Below are positions 45,335 through 61,618 of a DNA stretch of 64,000 bases, piece by piece (position 1 is the first letter of the stretch; the number at the start of each line of letters is the position of its first letter). Source of the DNA: Eledone cirrhosa (Eukaryota); NCBI GenBank assembly GCA_964016885.1, contig OZ024742.1:115320001-115384000 (forward strand), read 5' to 3'. A model generated the notes under the pieces. That model searched no databases, was not told where the DNA came from, and saw nothing but the letters and a program-made list of their open reading frames with translations. The translations under genes and the position numbers were made by a program.

Positions 45335-45335
<1 letters not shown>
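43872..45335 (-). mobile_element. Non-coding element with ~175-bp HHR-bearing direct terminal repeats (non-autonomous PLE / retrozyme-like)
   Basis: Direct repeats 43872-44046 and 45161-45335; no ORF of 60 aa or more listed in the ~1.1 kb interior; flanked by TA/TG tracts. Confidence 0.75.
45215..45286 (-). ncRNA. Hammerhead ribozyme (partner at 43927-43996 has a CTGATAA core)
   Basis: Reverse complement: ctgt CTGATGA tgtcacgacact..agtgtcgtcatt GAAAT atat ATC acag. Confidence 0.75.
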
Positions 45336-45410
<75 letters not shown>

Positions 45411-45526
45411 CACACACCATACATATATATATAACTTCTACTTGTAATGAGGTAGGATTTAGGACATCGGTAGCTACCAACCTATGTAGCGTAGATTTCT
45501 TAGACATTAACTTAGAACTTCGCCCA

Positions 45527-46122
45527 CATATAAAATAAGGTAAATATCTCTCTGGGTACTAAGTACGCATAGACATGAATAGGTAGATATATAAATCATG
45601 TTTTACTTTTTTAAAGGAATTGTTAAATGTTGTTTGTTCTGCTCATCTCAATTGTTATAGTTCTGGTATCTCGAATTAGTACCATCGAACAACAATTATA
45701 TTATAGACACCCTATATATCTCTATGCGTACTTAGTACCCAGAGAGATATTTACCTTATTTTATACATTCTCCATTCTATGTAGAGAAACAAAATTTGTT
45801 GTTGCTTACGGCTATTTTTTAGCAGCCAGCAGCGCGTCTGTAATATTCCCGCTGTTATTAGCGGCCAATTCACGTGTGGGTCACTTTAACGGCCATAACT
45901 CATACGACTGGTAGTTGGCAATATATTTGCAGGCTGTGCGAGTTGATGCTATAGAGTAGAAATAGCTACCTGATGAACTTTACTTTTCCGTTAGAAATTC
46001 TCTGTATTTCTAATCTTTTGTAAAGCGAAACCGCCGGTAATAGCATCACAAACAGGTAGATATTTAAATCATTTTTTTTTAAAGGAATTGTTTAATGTCT
46101 GTTTGTTTTGCTCATCTCAATT
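45527..46122 (+). mobile_element. pLTR-only remnant with partial direct repeat and 5' inverted segment
   Basis: 45581-45652 is repeated at 46054-46122; 45527-45575 is inverted at ~45720-45765. Confidence 0.65.
45965..46044 (+). ncRNA. Hammerhead ribozyme with extended stem II
   Basis: gctac CTGATGA a-ctttac...ttagaaat..atttctaa...gtaaag-c GAAAC cgccg GTA atagc. Confidence 0.75.
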
Positions 46123-46150
46123 TATATATATATATATATCCATATATCTA

Positions 46151-46277
<127 letters not shown>

Positions 46278-46600
46278 TCAAGGTTTAGCAAATAGAGAAA
46301 AAGTTTTCAAATAAATTTTAAAAAGTTCGCTGTACTTACTATATGTACCCTTACCGCGCGGTTTCAAATCTCAACATAAATGGATAATCCAGGCGGACCA
46401 CCATTGAGAAAGGGATTCTCGTCAGAAGCTTCTTCTCGCCCGGATAATATAAGAATATAAAATTTTCGAGTTCAAATCAAAAAATGGCGCCATACAAACT
46501 GTTCCCGGATGATATATATATATACACATATATATATATGATATGGGTTCAGATCTAGATGTCGGAACGGCTAGAGTTCTGCCGTCGGGGACCTAACTAC

Positions 46601-46720
<120 letters not shown>

Positions 46721-47165
46721 GTGTGTATAAATCAGTAGAAGGTAGTGTAATGTTTATCAATTATTAGATATATATATATATAACAAAGTTTCTCAAGAGA
46801 AGGGCTTTACAGACATTGGGTGCAAATTTAATCGGCAGAAGAGCCAGCGTAGACCCACGTAAAAGTTGACTGTATGGCATCAATGATCTCGGCGGGTCTC
46901 ACTTGAGGATACAACCAAGTCAATTGTAGACGGTTACTTCAATAAGACCCACTGCAAAGCGTAGTTTACGACTTTCAGCACGCCCATCACACGAATATAT
47001 AAAATGTTACCCTAATAACAATTTTTTGTTAATCTAATACGGAGAAAACAAGGCTTGTTAAACATATTTTTTATTGTTAGATTATATCAGGTTCTCGCTT
47101 TTTCCTAACACACACACATATATATATATACATACATATATACATACATATATACACCTATATAT

Positions 47166-47224
<59 letters not shown>

Positions 47225-47229
<5 letters not shown>

Positions 47230-48740
47230 AAAAATTGAACGAGAAGAAAACAGAGAGGCAGTACGAACAAAGGTTTATTAGTTTCACGCTCTTGAGAGTA
47301 GGGTGGTGGTGGGGAACGACGTTTCGGGAATAATCCCTTCTTCAGGTGAAAAGTGTGTGGGGAGAGAGTTCCAAGGGTGTGTAGGGGAGAGGTGGAGAGA
47401 CATATAGAAAAAAGAGGGTGAGAGGAAACGGTACAAATGAAATTAAATATAAAAGCATGAAAAAAATAAAAATAAAAATACACATGAAGTAAAACAGGTG
47501 GTGGAAGGCTGTGTGGCGTGTAGGGGTGGTGGAGCGTGGAGTGGTGAGAGGGAGACGGGGTGTCCGAGCGGGGAGGACTGAAGGTGGTGTATGTGTGTAG
47601 TTGTACATGTGTGTGTGTGTGTGTATGTGAAAGTAAGAGTTGGGGGAAGAACGGGGTTGCATGTTCAGGAATAGGTATGTGTGGGGTGGGGTGTAGGTCG
47701 GAGTGTGTGTGCGTATGTGGGTAGAGGGGTGTGGGGAGAGGATTCTGGAGGCTGACTGTGTAAATAAGTGGTGGTACACACGTGTGTGTGTGGTGTTTAT
47801 GCGTATTGTGGATGTAGGTGGCGTGTGGGAAAAACAAATTGTCCGTGGGTAAGTCCTTAAGGTAATTCCGTAGACGATGTGGTTGAATGCTGAGTAATAT
47901 CCTTGGGATGTGGTGGATTCTAGGGATCGAGGTGCACATATGTGTAATCCGTGAAGAGATTGGTCGGAAGAGGGGAGATCTGGGGTGCGCGCTCAACAGG
48001 AAGTGGTCAGAGGGTCAAGGCAGGAGGAGGGTTGTGTGTCTGTGTGTGCGGAGAGGTGGTCAGAGAGACATTGCAGCAGTAGGGTAGAATGATAATTGAA
48101 GAAAGTCGGTGTGTCGGTGTGTGCGGAGGTGCGGTGGACAGGGGAGAGGATGGGGAGGTGCGAAAGTTGGAGTGAGGAGGGGGTGTGTGTGTGTATTAGT
48201 AGAGGTGTTAGTGGGATGTGTGTGTGTGTGAGAAAGGGTGCGGGTGGAGCGGGGAGAGAAGGGTGTGGGGGGCCAATGGTGGGAGTGTAGTGTACTGGTG
48301 TGTGTGTGCATGTTTGGTTGAGTGTGTGTGTGGTGAAGGAGGTGTTAGTGGCTGTTAGTATACTGGAGGTGGAGAAAGGGTTGAATACGGGTGTGAGTGG
48401 GAGTAAGTGGTGGTAGGGTGTGTAGAGTGGGTGGTGTAAGAGGGTGCGTGTGTTCGTGTGCGTAGGGTTGGGGGGTGTTAGCGATGTTAGTTGCGTGTAG
48501 AGTGAGTGGTGTAAGTGGGTGTGTGTGTTCGTGTGCTTGGGTCGGGGGGTGTTAATGATGTTAGTTGCGGGGTGGTGGGGTGGATGTGTGGGGGTGAGGA
48601 TTAGTGGTAGTAGTAGGGTGTGTGTTTAGTGTGAGCGAGTGTATATCTGTACCTGTGGGTGTGTGCGTGTGATATAATTGGTGTGGGATGTTTAAAGCGT
48701 CCGTAAGCGATATGCCGTTTGAGCACTCGATACTCTTACA
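47225..48740 (-). mobile_element. PLE-type long CA-rich 3' region with pLTR and minimal HHR motif
   Basis: Minus strand 47315-47350: cac CTGAAGA a-ggg-attatt-ccc GAAAC GTC, followed by AATAAA. Similar architecture to the CA-rich 3' regions at 2200-2800 and 6945-7515. Confidence 0.6.
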
Positions 48741-48759
48741 GAGCAGAGTATAATATCAC

Positions 48760-49028
48760 ATGAGAAACGGACAATCAGTGGTGCGACGAATAAGATTAAT
48801 TAGACAATTGTTACTCTGGAGACCAGCTTGAGGCACGATCGATGCAGTGATCAAACCTTACCCTGAAATCGCATGATCCTCGGATATATCTCGATTCCAC
48901 GAAGCAGAGTTTCCAAATCACAGGTTTGATCACTGCATCCATCGTGCCTCGAGCTGATCGCCAGAGAAACGATTGTAATATGTCTAATAAATCCTATTCG
49001 TTTCACCACTGATTCTCCATTTCTAATG
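48760..49028. repeat. Imperfect inverted repeat, MITE-like (~100-bp arms)
   Basis: aatcagtggtg..cgaata..cagcttgaggcacgatcgatgcagtgatcaaacct pairs with aggtttgatcactgcatccatcgtgcctcgagctg..tattcg..caccactgatt. Confidence 0.75.
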
Positions 49029-49041
49029 TAATTTTTATATA

Positions 49042-49118
<77 letters not shown>

Positions 49119-49457
49119 ATGTGTGTATGTGTGTAAATGTATGTACATATGTATATATATATATATGTAAGGAATATGATAAAAAAGACTTTTGAAGAGA
49201 GAACCTGATATATCGAAAAAAAAAATGTTTAACAACCCTTGTTTTTTCCGTATTGGTTTAACTAATATTTGTTATTAGGGTAACATTTTATTTTCTCCAA
49301 TACGGAAAAAGTAAGTTTTGCTAAACATAAATATTTAACATCAATGTTATTAATATCCCTTAAATGTATACAAGGTGCTCTTACGACATCCTTATTTTCA
49401 GCATTTTCCTTATATAACGAGATCTGTATAGAACCTTTTACAAGTTCTACATGTTTT

Positions 49458-49523
<66 letters not shown>

Positions 49524-49949
49524 TGAGTAAGAGTAACACCGGACAGGAATGGAATATTTGCTTATTAGACGTAAGGTTAGAAAATCAATAATAAAAAGCA
49601 AATCAGTCAGGAAAAGTAATCGATAAATTGAATCAACTGAGCAGCATGAAATTTCCAAAATTTATGCTGAATTTCCAACATTTGAAATCACTTTCCTCAG
49701 CACCAGTGAAAATGGTTATGAAAATAACAAAATAGATAACCATAACCATAAATCATTACATTATGCTCCCTTGTTAGCCAATAATTCGGCAAGATCAATG
49801 CTCATCATATCAATTATCTCGTACGTAGTAAAATATACCATCTATAGATACTCGGAAGCAAACCGGCATTTTACACACAAGAAAAATCATAATAGGCATA
49901 TTGATTGAATATTTACAACTTTACTTTCACTTTATACTAGCCCTGCCAA

Positions 49950-51620
49950 TTGTTAGCTATTTTTAAGTCTCAATTCACCTCGTTTCCTGTGGATGCATCA
50001 ATCCTCCTAAAACTGTACGATTCTCTATCTATCTCTTTCTCTCACAACTGCCCACTCTCGATATATTTTTCTCTCTTCCTCTATCTATCTCTCTCGCGCT
50101 AATAATAATAATAGCCTTTCTATTATTGGCCAATCCTCTGCCGGTAAATTTTACATCATCATGATTTAGCACATTCTGAAATGGTGTTATTACCTACATA
50201 TATGTTTGGAATAATATAGCCGAATACACCATGGAAGGTAAACCATTAACGTGGTGTAATTTCTCTCAATCATCTATCTCACGTTTTATGCTGTAAAACT
50301 TTAAGCAATCCTGGAATATTTTTCAAATTGCTCTTTCAAACAACTTTCCAAATTTTAATGAGTCTCTTACCAAAACAAAGATGACTACTACACAACATAT
50401 CTCTAAGTGATAGAATAAGTATACGTCAGCAGTAATATTTGCCACGCCATGATTACTATATACTGCTTTGCGTGGTATGGTTTTCTAATTACGTTTAACC
50501 TCAACCACCCAGTCATAATTTAACTGAGCTATGATGGAAAATACCCAATCGTCCTCCAACATTTATTTTTTTAACTATCTGGGAATTTACCTCTCAGTAT
50601 AGTATGCTGTTCCATACTAACGTATTAAGACATCATTTCACCAGAAATGTAGCGGGACTAGTAGATAATATCAAGATATCAAGTTTGTGACACGCGTGTA
50701 AGAAGGACATTTTTTTTCCAAGCCTGGATTTGTAAGCTTTCTTTTTTGGTAGGATGGTATGTTACATTAAGTCATATGTCCCTTTGCCAGCTAGTGCTAC
50801 ACAATTCTTCTTGTAATATTAAATAGTTGAAGCAGAAACTGTCCATCTGAACATAGTCTATTTCGTTTCAGCATCCCCTTTAAATTGAATGTTATAATAT
50901 CCGCTTATGTGGTTCTGACCTCCTCAACAGCCTGCGCTTCCTAATGTCATGTGTAGGAGGAGTGGAGCCAGTCAGTATTCTTGATTTAAGATTGCAGATA
51001 CCTATATGATAAACAGGTGTCAGCTCAGTCTTCTCTTAACACGAACATCTAGTACAGAGTCAACAAGATCAGAGACAATAAACCCTCTATTATTGCTCCT
51101 CAATGTCAAGAATGCCAGGTATACATATATAGGCCGTTCATTCTCAACACAGAACCCATTATTAGATCAAGAGTCCAATAAGGCAATTTGGTTTGTCTTT
51201 TTTTTTTATCAGGATAACCCATCTTTCCAGTAATTCGTTTTCTATCAGATGCATTGAAGTCCTCCATTAACTTTCTGATATAACTATATCTAACAATCAG
51301 TAAATTCATGAATAAAGCATCTATATTACGATTCTCCTTTTACACATAACACTGCAACACCCATACAGTCTTTATTTAATGGTAAGCTGTAATAAAGGAC
51401 TCTATTGTTTTAGTCCAGTACATATTCAAACTATTGGGGCTTAGAGAATATCCCTACTCCCAAAAGTGTTTCCTTCCTGGAACAAACCTGAATACTGGAG
51501 TTTCCTCTCTCCAACAAGAGATAAGGATTTTCTTGAGGGAAAACTGATTATATGCTTTTCAAATGAATTTCTTATAGCTGAATAAGCATCTGGTTATTAT
51601 ATTTCGCTTATAATTTATCC
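49950..51620 (-). mobile_element. Very old LINE remnant (possibly I-group)
   Basis: Faint minus-strand motifs QENP, ADII, GKGTYD, LSTSPATF, MLEDDWV, VGNNTISECAK in plausible EN-RT-RNase H order. Confidence 0.35.
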
Positions 51621-52107
51621 TCCAAATTTCGTCTATTGAAATAGAACCAGCACAAGGGCAGTTACACAAACACTTGCAAAAACACACCTTCAACACCCCA
51701 ACACCTCTCTCAATCAACTATTTTGCTTCTACTATTCTTTATTTTCTGTCACATCTTGTGTGTATATATATACTTTAATCCCTTTAAATCTTCATCAACA
51801 CTCTTTCATTCCCACCCTCATTAATAACACCCCCAGACATACCCAAATCGTTTATATAGATCGTCACATATAATGCAACCTGAGATCAGTGTGACAATCG
51901 ACACCGAAGAATGAGAGAATGTTCTCCAGGAAAGCTAATCAGGAATCTTTAAAAATCTCCGATCCGAAATTAACAAACAACTTACTACATCTACAAAACA
52001 AAATAGTAAAATTATAATATAAAATTAAATTGTTTAGAACGACAAGTGAAATCATTATTTTCCCTTTTTCAAATATAGATAACAGTACCAAGGGTTTCAC
52101 ACATTTC

Positions 52108-52184
<77 letters not shown>

Positions 52185-52222
52185 CAAAATATTAATAAAT
52201 GAAGACGTTCACATAATCAAAA

Positions 52223-52293
52223 TATATGTTTAATTATATATATTTCGGAGGTACTGTGCTGTTTTTTCAGTACGTCCTCATCAGATAACATAT
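52223..52293 (-). ncRNA. Hammerhead ribozyme in a (probably inverted) pLTR upstream of the PLE
   Basis: Reverse complement: atatgttat CTGATGA gga-cgtactg..cagtac-c-tcc GAAAT atat ATA attaaacatat. Confidence 0.75.
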
Positions 52294-52759
52294 ATGAATT
52301 GATGTAGGACATACCTCAACTGTCTTGATTGTTCAATTCATGTATTGGAAGTAATTTATTACAACAAATCTCAATATTTATATACACAAATAACATGATA
52401 AACTTAATTATGATGAAGGAGAGGATGTGGAGCGAGATATAGATATAAGGAGGAGGTAAGTATGAGAAAATGTAAGAAAAAATAAATAAACACATACGTA
52501 CATACATATTTAAATATTTAAATGCGTAAATATCTAGGGAAGAAAAGGAAGAGAGAGAAGAGAAGAAAGGAGGAGAGAGAAAACAGAAGAAAAGATAGAA
52601 GAAGAGGGAAGACGTAACTGTAAAAAGGAAATAATAAAGGAAAGAAAGAAAAAAGAAAAGGACATGATGCGTGACCGTTATTTTCAAATACTAAGTCAAA
52701 TAGAAACGACCAATTAAATACAGTGAAATGTTTAATATATTTTGTATATGGTTATGTTT

Positions 52760-54250
52760 GAGCAACTTATACTAATATATTATATCACAATTAAACAATA
52801 TAAAAATTGTTTCTATAATAATTAGAAGCATAGTTCAATTAATAAATATATTCAATATTTAAATCCAGAAAAATCCTCGTAAAACAAACTCTTGGAAAAT
52901 TTCGAAAATGAAATTTTTAATATATTAAGGAATATAACATTTAACAAAAACCCATATAAAGGCCAACAATACCTTAGAAGTCTGAGAGAAAAAATTATTG
53001 ACATAAAAAAAGTAAATAAAATATTAGTGAAATAAGACAAAACCAACAACTTATATGGGATAGAAAAAAACAAAATATAAGGACTTAATTTTAAAAGAAT
53101 TGAGAAAAAATTACAGAAAAACCCCGAGTGAAGTGCTATTGTATATCAATAATGATGATTTTGAAATAATCACCAAGCTCGGAATAGAAAAGAAGACCGA
53201 ACGTTTCATACCAAGGAATCAGCGGATACATTTTAAAGACCATAAAGGAAATTTCGAAGAAGACTTACCTGTTAGACTTATCGAACCTTCGAAGTCAGAC
53301 CTTGGAATAATTAGTAAACATATAATAGTTAGGATTTTGCCAACGCTAAAATTGAGGTCAAGGCTTAACTTATGGCACGATTAAAGTCATAGATTGGTTC
53401 AATAACATCGAAAATAAGAAAAATCATAAATTCATTCAGATGGACATAGCGAATTAGTACTCCTCAATAACTCCTAACCTTTTAAATAGGGCGCTTTCAT
53501 ATGCATATAAACACACTGATCTATCTAGTGAGGAGATTAATATTATTTTAACGGCAAGGTGAACCTTGATTGACTTTAATAATGATTTTTGGATTCGTTC
53601 GGATAGGCAGAACAATGTCGACATTACTATGGGCTAGTCCGATTGTCCGCAAGTAACCGATATTCTGGGAATGTTCATCCTTAATATGATAAATAGAAAA
53701 CTGTCGGAGATTACCGGTGGTTTATATAGGGATGCCATATTATTTACTGTAGTTAGACATAATAATAGCGAATTAAATAGAGTAAAGTAAGTAATTATAG
53801 AATTTAAAAATTACAACCTGAAATTAGAAGTAGAAAATAACAATAAACTAGTTAACCTTCTAGAGGAACCCTTAATTTATATTCAGGCCTTTATTACCCC
53901 TTCCATAAACTCAAGGAAAACCTAAATTATATTAGCTTTTACTCTACTCATCCTAAAATTGTTAAAAATGCAATACTCAACAACGACTATCCAGACTATC
54001 TGCTAACAGATCCATTTTAATAGTAAAGCTGGATATTATAATGAAGCGTTACATAAAGTAGGATATACAAATAATATTGAATATGTAGAAAAAAATTATA
54101 TTATTAATTAATTATAAACACAATATTCTAAACAATAATAATAAAAATAAAACTGACTGTAAAAATAACAACTTGGAGAATAAATTAGGACTAGATCTAT
54201 AATTTGGTATGTCCCACCAGCATCTATAATTATTAAAACACCTTTAGCAC

Positions 54251-54255
<5 letters not shown>
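52760..54255 (+). mobile_element. AT-rich Naiad-like PLE RT region, decayed and 3'-truncated
   Basis: FENEIFNI; DKTNNLY; FKDHKGNF..PVRLIEPSKSDLGIISK; IDWFNNI; FIQMDI; DITMG; GGLYRD; WYVPP. Confidence 0.85.
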
Positions 54256-54330
<75 letters not shown>

Positions 54331-54729
54331 GTGTGCGTCCGTGTGTGTGTAGCATATGTATATACATGTACGTATGTCTATATGCATGTATTTATATGAA
54401 TATGCGTGTGTGTGCGCAGATATACGTATGACCGGGTATGTGATTGGTTAGGCTATATACTCATGTAAGTGTGTATCTGTTTCTACGTATTGATGTGTGC
54501 ACGTATTTTGATGTGTATGTGCATGTTTGTATATCTGAATCTGTGTGTACATGCATTTTTTCCATTATCTTAAGTCAGCCACACTTTCATTTTTAATAGA
54601 TATTCATTTGAAATATTATAGCCAAAACGTAACAATTTCCTCTCATCAGCGTAATGGTCGTTTCTGTTAAATTCGTCTACTTTCCTGAAACATTTGGTTT
54701 ATTATGTAAACAAAAAAATTATATATATA

Positions 54730-54861
<132 letters not shown>

Positions 54862-55599
54862 TTTGGGGAGGTATATGGATAGATAGATGAGAGCGAAAGA
54901 TTTAAATGTGTCGAAGTCAGTTTTCCAGAATATGTCCAAATGGATTTTCATATTATAGCTCAGATTACAATGAAGGTGACAGGGCCTAAATCCTTTTCAA
55001 CATCTTATCAGGTATGCGAGCTTGTATGTACTTATACACATCCACACTGTTTCCAGATGTCCCGAGATCCATCTATACACACGTATTCCTGGGTTCGCAG
55101 GGAATGGGTGGTAAAGTAGGCATAGGTTTAGAGGGCGAGGCATAACAGTAAAAATCATAAACGCTAGAAAATGTAAAATCTAAGATGATATTATATTTAA
55201 AATATGTGCAGAAAAAGATCTTAAATAAAATGCTTAGTGTGAGGTGAGGCAAGTGGCTTTAGTTGTCGAGTTGTGATACTTTGTGCGATTGAAGTCTTTC
55301 TGGGTGCGTTTGTATTAGTATCGACAACAACACCAACCTCAACGACCTCCACTACCAGCGGGGTGAAGGTCAGTATTTAGACATTGATTTTTGTAGTGAC
55401 GATAAAATGAATAAAATAAAAATAATTAAGGGAGAATTGAGTAATATACTTGGGCGGAAGGGATAGAAATTAATGGAGAGAAAAAGAGAGAGTATCTGAT
55501 AGAAATAGGGGCAATGTAGTACAAATGGAACACCAGGAAGCAGAGTTTCAAACCTTATAGTGTGAGGAAAGTTTCCGTCCTTAGGGGAAGACCAGTACC

Positions 55600-57200
55600 T
55601 AAGAATTAATGCTAATCTATTAATTATTTGTGTTCCATGTCTGAGTATCTCAATGTTCTAACTCACACACATACTACAAATACTTGAACCCTATCCATCC
55701 GGGTTTACTTCTCGAACTATGGACCAAATAAATTAGTATGGGGTCCTGTCCAATTACACGTTCAATATCAGTTCAGAATGAGAAGTTTGTTTACGTTTAT
55801 TGATCCCATTACCGGTGTGGTGGTGATATACCACTCGTCCTTGAAGCTCACCGACGATGCTCCTATTTCGAGATTGGGGTAGTGACGTGGTACTGATACA
55901 CTGGATATTCCCCCAAGCATTTATAGTCAAGCAATGACGACACGACGTTTCTGCAGTTATGTAATCGGGTCGACACCCGTGTATTGACTTTGGGATGTCT
56001 AATTGGTAGACTGGAGTCACTGGCCAAGATTACTTTATATGGTCACTAAGGAAGTCAGGGTTTGCCGGGACAATCTCAGACTAATTGTTATCCCGGTCTG
56101 TAATATTTTGGGTTCCTCTAGTATTTGTTGGCATCGCTCTCAAGTTCCTTAGCCTATTATTATAGATGCTAGCTATGTGTCGGTTAAAGCTGTGTGTGGT
56201 GGTGTATGAGAGGGGATTCCTACCGTTACTTTGTTCCGAAATGACGGAATCTATGCAACATCCATTTTGAGAATATATTTACCTGCGTTGGGCCTCTAAG
56301 GGGTCATGTACCACCTTGCAAAATTGCTCTTGGAGCGTCTGAGTACGAGAGCCATATAGTGCACCAATTGAAAATATTTCGGTCTCTGAGAGCCCCGTGA
56401 AAGCTTCTATCTTGTGCCTTAAAAGATATATAGGCCAGGCTGGTCTGATGTCCCATGGAGTGTGTTGGATTGCACCAGGCCTTCTTTATGCTCAGTTCTA
56501 CTGCTAGGTGGTTGGTTTGGGGTGGCATCTGGCCGTTGCGGAGTTTCCTTCTTAATTTGCGTAAGTAAGAATATCCCATCCATATCCGATTCTTGAGTAG
56601 ATTCACTGGAACACATATTGTTATCGAAGTTGTTGAGTCTATCACCTCTGGTCCAGAGGTCCCCACCGAAACTGATCAATATTTTCCTAGAAGCGTGGGT
56701 AATGTATGTTTAATCGCGGTAAAGGTTGATGTTTCTTTTCGGGAATATAAGGGCGTTCTTTAAATCTACCAGCGAGATGGAAGTGTATTACTTAGCAATA
56801 TCCAGTTGACCAAGCTAGTTTTATTCTTGGTTAAATCAAAATGAAAAAAAGTATTCCGTCCTACACGCTTAGTCTGGTGATGTAGTTCATTAGGCTCCTC
56901 GGGAGATCTCAACCACTGAAAGGGGCTGCAAGAAAATTTAATCTCCGAGGTGATGGATATTATTTCATGAACAAGTGTTTCCAATAACCAATTATGGGGA
57001 GGATTCCTCCTTAACCTCAACAGGTACAACAATTTGTTTGATTCTCTATCGCATTTATCATCATGTCTTCCCGGATCGAAATGGAACACCCTCGACCGCA
57101 TCTTTTGGATGAGCGTATCAATATTTGCAATGTAAAGGCTAGTGAACTATGATATGCCAGTTAGTGGAATATCCTTTCGTGATAAAGGGGGAGTAATGTT
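55600..57200 (-). mobile_element. Decayed Naiad-like PLE
   Basis: IPL..IDTLIQKMRSRVF (YSLKNIP/RMRW-like); SPFQ; DMGYS; GRVVYHH; WGNIQ. Confidence 0.6.
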
Positions 57201-57682
57201 TCCACCGTGACCTAATTCTGCTGCAGCAGGAAGCGCTCAACAAATTACGGAGCTAATATTTGGTAGAATGTGTGTTAATTAATCATCGACACTGGTGCAT
57301 GCAAGATAGAGCAATTAACGAAGTATAGAAGTAGTTCTGCTTACTCCAGAACGTAATTATAATTATGAACTACATCTCACCAGGCTAGAAATTATTTCAT
57401 TTATTAATTGAATAATCGCTGGTGTATATGTTACGATGATAGCCGTTAGGCAAAAGTTTCGGTCGCTACCCTATTTCGTGAGATATTGACTTTGACGCAC
57501 AGGCTTGGGTGGTTTGCGCTACAATGTCTCCTGTGTTACTCATCACGTTTATTCAGTGCAGGCTGAAGAGCGGTTCCGGTCCTCACAAGCGTAATGGTGC
57601 TAGACGCTATTACTAAGTAAATTTCAAGTCCTGAGGTTGTTGGTGAATTATTATAAAAGCAAACACAGAAATACAAAATAAA

Positions 57683-57873
57683 TAATTGTTTCTACTTTTG
57701 GCACAAGGCCAGCAATAATCCAGTACATTACTGGTACTTTATTTTATCGAGCCCGTAAGGATGAAAGGCAAAGTTAACCTCGGCGGGATTTGAACTCAGA
57801 TCATAAAGAGACGTAACTCTATGCTTCAAAGCATGGTGTCCGACTCTCTACCGATACTGCCAATCCACCGCCC
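57683..57873 (-). mobile_element. tRNA-derived SINE, second copy
   Basis: Colinear with 42205-42392; A box TGGCAGTATCGG and B box GAGTTCAAATCCC on the minus strand. Confidence 0.85.
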
Positions 57874-58144
57874 ACCACTATACAAAATAAATAATGCTAT
57901 TAGGTTCACTCTAAGATGGTAGCTAGATGAAATAGAGATGAAGGTATCGGTCTTTAACCTTTCTTTAGGAGATACAGTTTAAAGAAGAGGAAAAAACATG
58001 TTTACAGGAAAAATATTGTTAAAATTACATTTGACTGAGGTGGGAGCTAATTTTAAAATGAAAGAAAGTCGTCTTTGCAACAGAAATGAGACGCGTATAT
58101 GTGGTGGTGGTGGTAGGGTGTGTGTATGTAAGTGTATGTGTCCA

Positions 58145-58145
58145 A

Positions 58146-58215
<70 letters not shown>

Positions 58216-58232
58216 AAGAAGAAGAAGAAGAA
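58145..58232. repeat. (AAT)n(AAG)n compound microsatellite
   Basis: Visible directly. Confidence 0.95.
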
Positions 58233-58427
58233 ATTATATTTTTTTTTATATATTTTTTATATATTTATATTTTTTCAGAAAAGTACGTCTCTTCGTATTT
58301 ATGATAATGATAATAATTCTTTTTTTTTTTTCACAGTGTTTTCATTCCAGTATTTTATAACATATTTCTATTCATGCAAACACACATACACACACACACA
58401 ACAACATACCCCCCCCCCCATATATAT

Positions 58428-61133
<2,706 letters not shown>

Positions 61134-61217
61134 ATAATAATCAATTTGAAGACTAAAATCCAAAGAGTGCTCGATGGGGATAAATATATATCAAATATAT
61201 AAGAACCGTAGAGCAAA

Positions 61218-61582
61218 TATTTATTAAAATAACAGATTAAAGTTTAAGCAAAGAATCTCTGCTTTCACCCTTAACGGGATATTCTGAAACTAACAAAGTC
61301 AATCTGTAAACGCAGAACTGGATATTTCCAAAAACGTTGCAACCGGAGGAAGACAGGAAGACGATACTTTGGTTCGTCGAAACGTTCGCTATGCAAATAA
61401 GTAAAGGTATTTGCATAGCGAACGTTGCCACGAACCAAAGTATCGTCTTCCTGTCTTCCTCCGGTTGCAACGTTTTTTGAAATATCCAGTTCTGCGTTTA
61501 CAGATTGACGTTGTTAGTTTCAGAATAGCCCGTTAAGGGTGAGAGCAGCGATTATTTGCTTAAACTTTAATCTGTTATTTTA

Positions 61583-61590
<8 letters not shown>
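61218..61590. repeat. Near-perfect inverted repeat (~180-bp arms, 8-bp spacer)
   Basis: 61218-61399 versus 61408-61590, centre tatgcaaata-agtaaagg-tatttgcata. The adjoining 61130-61225 recurs inverted at ~39935-40025. Confidence 0.92.

Positions 61591-61618
<28 letters not shown>

Larger units (their letters stand above)
47000..49295. repeat. Diverged ~100-bp inverted repeats (47000-47100 / 49195-49295) enclosing younger insertions
   Basis: aaaatgttaccctaataaca..tacgga..tgttaaacat..tatatcaggttctc versus gagaacctgatata..atgtttaaca..tccgta..tgttattagggtaacatttt. Confidence 0.6.

Noticed and set aside
47082-48311. 304-aa and other His/Thr/Pro-rich ORFs
   Set aside because: They arise from CA-rich low-complexity 3' sequence that lacks stop codons
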